Made by a program: the position numbers and the translations under genes. DNA of 64,000 nucleotides. Source: Schizochytrium sp. TIO01. Its lineage: Eukaryota > Protista > Bigyra: Labyrinthulomycetes. Under the pieces are notes generated by a model. That model saw only the letters and a list, made by a program, of their open reading frames with translations. It had not been told where the DNA came from and searched no databases. This document shows positions 45,565-55,851 of the stretch, in pieces; the stretch's first letter is position 1; the number at the start of each line of letters is the position of its first letter. The stretch covers positions 8,848,761-8,912,760 of the forward strand of contig SMSO01000031.1 in the NCBI GenBank assembly GCA_004764695.1, written 5' to 3'.

Positions 45565-46331
45565 AAATCAATCGATTAATCAATCAATCAATCAATCAGT
45601 CAATCAGTCAATCAGTCAATCGATTAATAAATAAAATAAATAAATCAGTTAATCAATCAATCAAAAGCCGAGTCGAGTCGAGGCCTTGAGCCACAAGAAC
45701 TGCGTTGCTCGAATTAAAAACCAAGTTGAGCTCTTGTTGTTGTTGTTGTTGTTGTTTATCATCATCCTCTCTTCGGGCTCCTCTGACTCGCTGCACATGC
45801 TTCAATTCTTGGTCCCAGTGCGAGCAAACGCAGCCTGAGACGCGCATAATCGTCGCTGCTGCTGCTGCTGCTGCTGTTGATGCTTCTGCTGTTGGTGGCG
45901 GTGGCGGTTCCTGAGAATTCCTGCGAAAGAAGCGGTGCCTAGTGGCCTCGATTGCTGGCTGGCTGCGCGATGGCCATCGATTCTCGCCAGCAACCACGGC
46001 TCGTGGATGGGTGAACGAACGAACCAATGCAAATGGATGAATGAATAAATAAATAAATGCAAATGAATGAATAAATAAATGCAATTGAATGAATAAATGA
46101 ATGCGAATGGATGAATGAATAAATGAATGCGAATGGATGAATGAATAAATGAATGCGAATGGATGAATGAATAAATGCGAATGGATGAATGAATGGATGA
46201 TTGAATGGATAAGTGAATGAGTGAATGAATGCGAACGAATGAGTAAGAATGGAAGAACGCAAATGAATCGAGCTACAACATCGTACGACGATGCACCAAC
46301 AGCGCGGGAATAGCCCGCTGGCTGGCGAGAG

Positions 46332-46381
<50 letters not shown>

Positions 46382-46615
46382 TTAACTAACCAACTAACTA
46401 GTTAACTGACTGACTGACTGACTGACTAACCAACTGCGAGCTCCAAGAAGTTCCGAGACCTTCCTGGAGTTTAGTTTCCTCTTCACTCACAAGAGTCCAG
46501 CCACGCCGCCCACCGCGACGGAGACCTTGGAGGCTGGTTAAGCAGGCGCCTGCAGCCCAGAATGAAGTTTGTAACCAAGCCAAGCCAAGCCAAGCCAGCC
46601 AAGCCAGCCAAGCCG
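45565..46615. repeat. Microsatellite cluster: (AATC)n, (TGT)n, (GCT)n, a GAAT-derived 26-bp minisatellite, (CTAA)n, (GACT)n, (CCAAG)n
   Basis: Read directly. The 26-mer ATGAATAAATGAATGCGAATGGATGA occurs three times at 46089-46166; (CTAA)n spans about 46332-46400. Confidence 0.9.
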
Positions 46616-47515
46616 CAAGAAGAAGCAGCCCGAACTCCTCCAGACGCAGGCAACAAGAGGTCAAGCGAGCAAGAGGTCAAGCGGAGCGGGGTTGGTTTGG
46701 TGTTCGCTGCCTTCCGCCTCTGACGCCTTCGCGAGTTGTGCTCGAAAAGTTTGCAAATGTCTCTGCTCTTCCCTAATCCCAAGTTTCCCCAGCTTACAGG
46801 TAAGCAGCCGTGCACTAGATGCCGGAATCGCTCCATTTACTCTACTGCGAGCTGCCATCGCGCAAGACAAAGGACCGCAGAGACCAGCGCCAAGCTGGGG
46901 CTCCGGAGCTCGTCGAGGATGCCAAGTTATACCTCCGCTCCGAGCGAGTGAAGTCGGGCAGCAGCAGAAAGAAGCCTGCCTGGACCACCGCCACGGCGGT
47001 GTTCTCTATATATTCGTGCGTGTATGCATGTGCCGCGGCATGCTTGTAAAGAATTGCTACGACCAGCTTGAAGGCTGCGGCAGGACGACGTGCTTGTGAG
47101 CTGCTTAAGGTGGCGGCAGCACGCCGTCTACACCAGACATTGCGTTGGCTTCTTCTGTAGAGCTAGACGAGCAATCTGTGCGTCCATGCGAGGTCTAAAG
47201 GTCGGTAAACCCGAGTGCGCCTAGCTAATTTTGCCGTGTCATTGTACTTTTGATAATCGTAAAATTACAAGCAAGCGCTTGGACTCCGTACCTCTTGGCT
47301 AGCTAGCTGAGGTTTACGTAGGAAACGAAAACTGATGTGAGCGTTTCGGTGGGATGCCTGAAATATGCGGAGAACTACCTGGCCGACGACACCAATGCAG
47401 TCCTGCAGGAACTCTGAGACCATACCTACCTAGCTAGAGTTGCGAATGATGTGTTTTTAATGGTAACTGGTACTTATGGCATGCTTGGAGGTACCTAGAC
47501 TAGAGTATAATTGTG

Positions 47516-47550
<35 letters not shown>

Positions 47551-49615
47551 AAAATTAAATAATGATAAATTATAAATTAAATAATAAATTGAAAATTAAT
47601 ATTTTTTATTTAAAAAATCTGCGCAAAATTCGCACAGCGTTTTTGGAAACCCTCGCTGAGTGTCTCCATTAAAGTCAGCAACCTCTCATGATACCTCCAA
47701 AAGTGCCCACGCAGAAAAGCCTTAGTCTGACCAGGCCAGGACCCTGGAAGAAGATGATTTAGCTAGCTAGCTACTCGAGCATCGTAGCGAAATTAGCGAT
47801 AACTTTGGTTCACAACTTGCTTGCCATCTTACTGAATGGATATCGCCAACTTTGTACTACACGCAGAAGGCCTTCATCAAAAATGCCCACTTTATAAAAC
47901 TGATTATCTACAACTTGTTTTTAAAACATGAGATGATCGTGCTGAGACCCTGGAATACAGCAGCTACAATGTGGTATAGTTCGTTAAGAGAAACCCAAAA
48001 GCCTGGAGAAGCCTCGGGATACCCATAGACTTCTTGCATATCCAGGTATCATAACCATCACACTACCAGTTCCCATCGGCATAATCTGTGATACGTAATG
48101 TTTTAGTTCGATTTGCGAGCTTTCGTCACTCTCCTCCGTGTCGCTGGTCACCTCGAGAACCAGTGATTTGCAGCTATTCAAAGTGCTGGAGGCGGTCTTT
48201 ACACATCAGAGCCTTCAGCGACAAGCCTGGAGTCAACTTTGTCTCCCACTCTCCGACATGAGTTTTTCTCATCACTGTATAAGAACAGGCAGGCTGTGAA
48301 GGAAGACTCCAAGGTGTGTTTATGCCAAAGGATTTTTTCCATTTGTTGGTGTCAAGAATCTGGAGTCAAGAAGTCAGCAAGAAAACAGAGTCCAGCCTTT
48401 CATCATCGATATTCGAATTAACTCCCTCCCTTCTTTTCAGATTTCTGTCGTGAACAATGTTTCATGTCAGATGTGAAAATGGGACTTCCGAACAACAACC
48501 AAAGAAGTCACGGAACAGGAAGTTCTCCAGCAAGGGTGCTTCATGACTATTCCTAAGAGCCAAATAGGTTCTGTCCCCCTATATGTGATAATTTGTAGTG
48601 TAAAACTATATCCTAGGGCGAGATCTGGGTGGATAATACTCATCTCAAGTTTTGATTTCTTAGGTAGGCACACTAAATATATTTTTATAGATGAATCGCA
48701 TCATATGAGATCCATCATGAGCAATAACTCTCATGAAATGTTGCCTGAGTGATTAGCCGAATACAAGGCTCATTGCATATATACTTCAATGACTGTATAA
48801 AATCAAAAGCTTGTTTCTTACAACGGATCCCGTTGCTATTGTTGACAGAAAACTTCCTCCGGCATGCTTGTGGTAGGCATGTGGTAGGTAGTATTATAGA
48901 AAAAAATGGTAAGTCAATGAACGACGGATCCAAGCCTTCTGTAAGACATAATTTTACCCGGTCCCATGAAACTTTGAGCTAGCATGCCTTTGTATTTGCT
49001 ACGTTATAATTAAAGAGATCATATCTACTCACGAACAGGTAGCCCTGAATCCGATTTTAGATAAGTAGAAAGCTACCAGAAATGAGGATTCTTGACTTGT
49101 ATTTGATACTAGCTCTAATCATGCCAAGCCGAGCAAGACCAATTTAATAAAGAAAGCCCTGAGAATCTTCATTAGTCAAAGTGTAGCAAGCATTTTCTCA
49201 GCTGACATCTACTATCTCTTTGTATCTTTTATTTGGTATTAGAGCTCGAAAGAGGCAGTATGCTCAATTTAAAGGAAGTATAACCTATCTGAGCCTAATT
49301 GATGAGTTTGAGTTTGAAAAGAAAATCAACTGCAAACCCAGTTTCAAAATATTATCGAGATGGTGTTATAAGATAACACCAATCATCTTCCGCTTCTTCT
49401 CCTTTTTCTTCTCCTTCTGCTTTGGGTTGATAGATAATTTAAAAGGGATGTTGCGGAGCACAATCATCCAATTCTAAATTTATTGGAATATCATTCAAGT
49501 AACCTTAACCACTCGCAGGATCAGGACTTTGAAGCAGGAGGTTGGCACCGAAAACTATATGAGTACTCTGAGGTTATTTTTGAACGATCTAAACCTTATA
49601 TAAAGATGAACTCAG

Positions 49616-51076
49616 TCATTGATCAAGGCTAGACTTCTCTCGAAGGGAGGCATAATGATCTTCAAGAACATAATCCCGCCACAAGCTCGCTTTCACAAAC
49701 TTTACAACCAGATTAGTTGCGCAAAATTGACTAATCAGCGTTTGGAAATAGTAGTAATTCGCGTTACCAGAACCCACAGTGAGCCACATATGACGCATGA
49801 TTGGCAGCATAGAAAGACAGCTCAACATTCCAACACCAAAAGGAAGAATGTGCTGCATACGCTTGATACTTAAAGGATGCATCACAAAAAGTGTCATCAA
49901 AAGCCCAATGCCGCCTACATCCGGATAAGGAGTTGCAAGTTCAACGATGATTAGAAGCACATGAGCAAGAAGCTGAGGCCGATGGCCAAACGTTATGCAA
50001 AGCGGCGCAACCAAAAGTGCGATTGAGCTTTGGAAGAGAAGTTTGAAAAACTCGCGAGATTCTTCAAATACCTCAATAAAGAAGTACCACCATAGTCCAA
50101 TGTTTGGGGATAAATCAGAAAGTTCCATATCACGCAACAAACCTTTATAAACAGACTCTACAAGAACGTGAGGTAATTGTTCAAGTTCAGGCAATGGTGA
50201 TGACAGATTTGGTGAATGCAAATTGTACAGAAACAGACCAGCATACGTGAGTGTAGTGATAAATAAAGCTGCTCCACTGGTAAGCATTCCAGCTACTGAG
50301 GTCCTCGCACTGCGTTGAATCTGCAATACAAAAGGTATGATGAAAATTATGTATCGGAGGTCAAGACTAATAGCCAGTCCTAGAGCAAAGCCTCCGAAGA
50401 GGAAGTCACACCGCAGTGCCCTCCACATCGACAGCAGTACTGCAAGAATGCCCACAGAATTAATATTTCCTGCAAGGAATCCCAGTAGAGTGCATGGGTT
50501 CAGCAAATAGACCATGGCAACAGTCATGGGTGCATTTTCCTTTGCAAGTAGCGCAATCTTGGGCAAACTTTGTGCTCCCAAGCCACTGTTTGCCTGCACC
50601 ACTGGAAGGCCATTGACAAAGTCCAGTCTGCCCAGATTATTTGCCTTTGCGCCACTCCTTATAGGTTGAGTATTGGTCACCAATTCGTACTCATCTGCGT
50701 CAGCCTCCTCGCCCCTGTATTCGTGCATGATGATATGCGCCGTGAGTATGAGCACCAATGCAATTGCGAGATCCACAGCGCAGAGCAACATTATCGCGCC
50801 CATATCCTGTCCCTCCGCAGATTCTGGCTCAAAGGTCATCCCAAAAATGTCTACGAAGATCGGAGACCTACGAAACATCTCTCCATCGAAAGGCGAGCGC
50901 CCCATGGCCTTAAGAAAGGCGCCCTCCCGCACTGCCGCCAAGGAAGATCTCGATGTCACCAGTTCATTCGGGCCTGCGGCCTCAAGCATTGCCGCTGCCC
51001 CACTGTGCATAAGAGCTACTCGCACAGCGGCACCGGCGAGAAGTGGCCACATGGCAAGCCCCACCGCCCCGCTCAT
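49616..51076 (-). CDS. PIGU: GPI transamidase subunit PIG-U/Gab1
   Basis: Multi-pass membrane protein with EG.FL...G.SPFDG, YLLNP, PNIGLWWYFFIEVF and GSGNANYYY motifs characteristic of PIG-U. Confidence 0.92.
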   Translation of the reverse strand: MSGAVGLAMWPLLAGAAVRVALMHSGAAAMLEAAGPNELVTSRSSLAAVREGAFLKAMGRSPFDGEMFRRSPIFVDIFGMTFEPESAEGQDMGAIMLLCAVDLAIALVLILTAHIIMHEYRGEEADADEYELVTNTQPIRSGAKANNLGRLDFVNGLPVVQANSGLGAQSLPKIALLAKENAPMTVAMVYLLNPCTLLGFLAGNINSVGILAVLLSMWRALRCDFLFGGFALGLAISLDLRYIIFIIPFVLQIQRSARTSVAGMLTSGAALFITTLTYAGLFLYNLHSPNLSSPLPELEQLPHVLVESVYKGLLRDMELSDLSPNIGLWWYFFIEVFEESREFFKLLFQSSIALLVAPLCITFGHRPQLLAHVLLIIVELATPYPDVGGIGLLMTLFVMHPLSIKRMQHILPFGVGMLSCLSMLPIMRHMWLTVGSGNANYYYFQTLISQFCATNLVVKFVKASLWRDYVLEDHYASLREKSSLDQ

Positions 51077-52370
51077 GTCGAAGAAGGCACCGTTTACCGG
51101 TTTGTAACAGAGTAGTGAATCGAAGGGTACTATATCTTTGAGTTTTGATCAGCTAGGAGGTGTTAGTTGTTTTCTTAGTATAATTATGAAGAGCTGATCG
51201 ATCAGATCAGCATCTAAACCAGAACTCCATGTAAAATCGACCAAAAATATTGACAGTTTCCTGCAAAGACGCCACATCTAGCGTGAATGCCTGTTGAGGA
51301 CAGAGAATTTGCAGAGCCGAAAATGGTGGAGCTTGGGATGTATGAAACAAGATCAAGAGTTTATATCATGGAGGGACTAGTTTGTAGCTAGTAGTAAACA
51401 ATATTAGACCATGTTAGTAATGCAAATAGGCAAAAGAAGAACGCGTTATAGGTCTTACTGTTCCACAATGTACGATTTATGTTGTCATTAGCAAGTTGCG
51501 AATTTTGTCAAATCCGAATGCAGAGACATGATCTAATTTTTACTTTTTACCTGATCAAAATTTCATGCAGTTCCTACCCAGCATCGGCCTTACAAAGATA
51601 CAGGTTCCTATACAATAATAATCTCCTGCAAACCATAATTACCTCCACTTCCATTGCACAATCATCGCTCTTATCCTTTTCGGTCTATTTGAGTACCTAC
51701 TCAAGCCACCATGATCGCATCGGATAGACATTTCCTTCATTTTCCTAAACCTCTGTACCTTGCAGTCAATTCTCCCCAATTCCCCTGGAATATATTGATG
51801 ATTAGGTCCGGTCCTCTTCAAACAATCTAAAGCAATGTGGAACTCCATCATGATCTCATAAGATGCAGACACCAAGTCTATCGCTCAAGGTTTCTCCTCG
51901 AATTTCTATTACCTCCAGTGTAGCGTGCCCGTATTCAAGCATTCCCGCCCAGGGTATCTGATTGTCTCAGCGACAATGACGAAATTGCCCGCCCTCTGTG
52001 GCCCTGCTTAAATTAAATGGCCTAATGTGGTTTTAAGGTGGAAATATAGGATAATAGACCGCCATCTGTGTGCAGCAGCAGCTCGATCCTGGCAATAAAG
52101 AATCGCTCGTGAACTCCGACGTCGCGCAAGACACCACGCCGAGCTCACCCTCCGCGCGGTTACACCACACGGCGCCGGCGTTCCCCAAGGTCCACTCACC
52201 TCCTTCAGCACTCCCGCGAACCCTTGCATCGACTTCAAGGCTAATTGACGAGCGAGCGAACCCTCGAGTCGGACGCTCTTTCAGAGAGCGTAGGTATCTT
52301 CACACGCTCAGCGTGACTACTTTCGCGTGAGCTACAGATTCGATCTTAGGCGGATAACCTAGAGTCCGAA

Positions 52371-53316
52371 ATGGTGAGTTGATGATCTTCGGCAGTTGCT
52401 CTTGGATTGCGATCTTCCTGAGCCTGGAATGCTTGACTAACAAAGATTTGTCATTGTTTGTGAAATGGTTATTGATTTTTAATTTGGACGACCCTGTTTC
52501 ATGCATGCCATAAACCATGCTGCACATGATAACGCATCTTCGCACTTACCTTCGTTAATTGCTGTGCTGGTTTGCGTCTGTGATTATTTTAACGTGCGGG
52601 TAATTGTTATGCCTACCAACAACGTCTGATGGAAAAATGGGTGTCTGCGGATTTGCATGTGGTCTTCATCGTATAACAGGCCAACACACTCAAGCCGTAC
52701 CTTGACTGCATCAGGACGACCCTGACCGCGTCCATGTGCTTGCGCAACTTTCCCTCCCAGATTGTTGAGCGCCACAACAAGCCTGAGGTTGAGGTTCGGT
52801 AAGTGACGTGAAGTCTAAAATCCTGTGCTCGGCAACATCAGTGTTTGTATGATAAAGCATGCCCCATTTTTTTATCTCTTCAAGACTAACTCCTTTTTAC
52901 TGCTCATCCATTGTATGTAAATAAACAGAGGATCTCGCGAGCTCTTGCTGCAGCCCATCACCATTTCTCGTAACGAAAATGAAAAGTGCTTCATTGAGCC
53001 CTCCATTAACTCTGTTCGCCTGAGTATTTGTATCAAGCAGGCTGATGAAATCGAGGAGATTTTGACCAACAGGTTCTCGCGCTTCTTGATGCAGCGTGCT
53101 GAGCAGTTTATCATTTTGCGCAGAAAGCCAGTCCAGGGCTATGATCTTAGTTTCCTCATTACCCACAAGCACCTTGAAGACCTTTGGAAGCACAAGCTTG
53201 TGGACTTTGTTATCCAATTTATGGAGGAGATTGATCGTGAGATCAACGGCATGAAGATCGCTGTGAACACCCGTGCACGCATCGTCTCGCATGAGTTCAT
53301 GCGCCAGTTTGCTTAA
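52371..53316 (+). CDS. ARPC4: Arp2/3 complex subunit 4 (p20-Arc), 3 coding exons: 52371-52373, 52680-52798, 52929-53316
   Basis: Splice sites ATG|GTGAGT...TAACAG and CG|GTAAGT...AAACAG. The spliced product is [71 protein letters not shown]...FMRQFA, 169 aa. Confidence 0.95.
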
Positions 53317-53701
53317 ACATTGTTTTAAAACCCCTCTCTCCCTCAATCTTTCTACTAGTTACCTTTCCATAGCCGCTCGTCGTTTGTCCTTAACTAATAC
53401 AACGTGCCTTATATTTTTCTTTTGTTGAGTACATGGGCTTTGATTCCTTGTTCACGACTAAGCTTCTTGCCTCATCATTCCGTTCCACATCCGCATAGAA
53501 AATATGCTTGCACCTGCAACTGTTTGAATGCATCGAGGATGTGCAAACAAAAGATCTTCATTGGCTTTGAATAAAAAGACATAAAATTTGCTGTAAAGTT
53601 TATCAAGAGAGTATATAACGAGGGAATGGTTGTACCGATACATCATCAACAAGGGCCTATCAAAGGGCTGTATGAAGAGGCAGAAGCAGTCATGGCAACA
53701 T

Positions 53702-54835
53702 TTACACACGCAAGCAAGGGGTGCGCACTTTGCGAGCGCTACGCCCACCACTCGGTGTGGAAGCCATTTTTGCTGACCGCGGAGGAGTTCTACGTGATGG
53801 AGTGCGCGACTTCTTTGACGGAGTCCGGGACCGCGAAGGGGTTCCCTTTGCTGTGTTTTTGCTTGTGTTGCGATCGCTTGTGTAGTCTTCCTTCCATACA
53901 GAAGGAATGCGAGTCTGAGGTGGTGTACGACTATTGGCAGAACTCGGACGAGCGGTCAGCACTCCTGTCTTCACTACAGCTTCCTTTGGAGATTCATTTG
54001 CGACAACTGGTGATTCGCTGCCCGCGCAAGACTCATCTTCATCAACAATCGAAGTCTTTAGCTTCTTAATTTGGGGTTCTTCTGTTTTGGTCGATTCGTG
54101 TACCTTTTTAGTATGAACTGCCAAAAGAGGGACGGAAGCTGGTCGTTTAAGAGCTGCCGCAACGGTACGAGCAAGCCGCACAGCTCCGTTCACAGATCGT
54201 TTCTGCGCTTGTGACACGCTTGAAGAAGATTCCTCCTCGTTTGTAATGCTGTCTTGTTGCCGTTTTGCGCGTAACAAGATGTTGTCAACCTCTGACTTTT
54301 CGGTTACCTTCCCTTCGGCTACAGCTCGAATTGTGTCTTTGAGTTGAGAACTCACGGTTGGCAGCATCATTGCAAGAGAGTCTTTCAAAGCACAGTTTTC
54401 TGCCAGAAGATCCCTCAACAAGGCGAGCTTGGCAGTTTCCTCCTCGTCATGAGCGTCCGCGCAATCATCCTCCGCAAGGAAATCTGTATCCTGTGAAGAA
54501 GATACCTCATTTGATGGTGAGCTCTCATCCTGCTGAGCAAACTCTTCCTCAAGTCGCGCCACAGCAGCAGCAGCCACTGCCTCTCGCTGTGTAGCAAGCT
54601 CCTTGGTCAAGTTCTGCACCTCGACCTCAAGTGCAGAGACACGAGTCACGAGATCCCGGTCAACAGGTTGCGTGAGAACATTTCGTACATCGAAATCTTT
54701 CTTGGCATCAACACACTGCGAGAGCTTCTTCACGACACTTTCCTGGAAACAGTCAAAGACATCTTCGCGGCCATTCTTAAATCCTGGGCGCACTGCCTTG
54801 AAGCATGCATCGGTCCGTGTTACGTAGACCTCCAT
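53702..54835 (-). CDS. Coiled-coil protein, possible kinetochore NSL1/Mis14 homolog with a basic TP-rich tail
   Basis: 377-aa ORF. QPVDRDLVTRVSALEVEVQNLTKELATQRE and LPTVSSQLKDTIRAV resemble the two Mis14/Nsl1 helices. The family assignment is tentative. Confidence 0.55.
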   Translation of the reverse strand: MEVYVTRTDACFKAVRPGFKNGREDVFDCFQESVVKKLSQCVDAKKDFDVRNVLTQPVDRDLVTRVSALEVEVQNLTKELATQREAVAAAAVARLEEEFAQQDESSPSNEVSSSQDTDFLAEDDCADAHDEEETAKLALLRDLLAENCALKDSLAMMLPTVSSQLKDTIRAVAEGKVTEKSEVDNILLRAKRQQDSITNEEESSSSVSQAQKRSVNGAVRLARTVAAALKRPASVPLLAVHTKKVHESTKTEEPQIKKLKTSIVDEDESCAGSESPVVANESPKEAVVKTGVLTARPSSANSRTPPQTRIPSVWKEDYTSDRNTSKNTAKGTPSRSRTPSKKSRTPSRRTPPRSAKMASTPSGGRSARKVRTPCLRV

Positions 54836-55851
54836 GATAGCCTCGAGTCTTTTCGATCCTTGTTGCTGATACTCACTACCTCTTAAATGGGTTTGCTGAT
54901 GCTTGGTTTGATACTGAAGTGTTGAGGGTCAACGAGCCCAAAGTTTTGAAGGAGGCTGAAGCTCCTCAATTCTGCGCAGCAGGCTATGGTACTGGATCGT
55001 TGAAGACGCTCAATCCGAGCAGGGAGGACCGATCCTCTCCAGGTGCCAGAGCTCAGGGAGCGCCTAGCACGAAGAATCCTGTCCCCAGGCTCCTTAACCA
55101 GCCCTGAAGGAATAATTTGCTAAAGTCTGAGCGGAGGTGGCCAAAGCTTGCAAGGTTTGTCAGTGCTTGGGGTCGTTGCTCTCTTTGCTTCCTTCAAAGG
55201 CCCAAAATTGTAAAACGGCCCATGTCCTCGACGGGTCCCCGATAAGGGTGTGCGTATATATTCATAAGGTGTGCACTCGACTTCGATCATAGGTATGAAG
55301 ACAACTACAGAATTAGCCAAGAGTTCTTTATTATGAATGTTTTGGCTTAGGTTTTTGCAAAAGTTAAAAATCTTTTAAGGGGCTGCATTTAACCGGGGAG
55401 AATAGCGCTTACGTAATGATTAATTACAAGATTCCCCAACTGTCAGAAGGGGTTCATGTTTGTTTTAAATTCAATTTCTCACCATGGAACTCCTCCACAG
55501 TAGATCGGTGCGCAGCTACAATGACATTTTAAAGACATTAATCGTAAGGATATCATTAGTTTCTGGCGAAAGAGTTTCAGTATTAAAATTGAAGATGCGG
55601 TATGTATTTGAATCGAAGTGATTAAACGATGCTTAGGATATCAACAGAGGAGATAAAGAGATCTGTGCATACCAAGCAAAGAAATTGGAGGGACCCAGCA
55701 AACCTTTTTTATGCCAAGTTGTTGTATAAAAGACAAAATAAAATGGAAAAAATGGAAAACAGATGAACAAACTAATGCTAGTATGAGAGGAACAGTCTAA
55801 GTAAATGTCGCCAACACAAGAGAAACGGATCATGACAAATATTACGCAAAC

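Noticed and set aside
46089-46188. CRISPR-like appearance of the 26-bp repeats
   Set aside because: No spacers, no cas genes, eukaryotic context.
46332-46400. (CTAA)n as a telomeric repeat
   Set aside because: A 4-bp unit without a CCC run, interstitial, and embedded among other microsatellites.
47980-49450. Minus-strand coding-like fragments, including TTCLPQACRRKF, faintly like IS66 CWAHARRKF
   Set aside because: The motif lacks the key Trp/His and nothing else supports it. It may be a decayed gene but cannot be identified.
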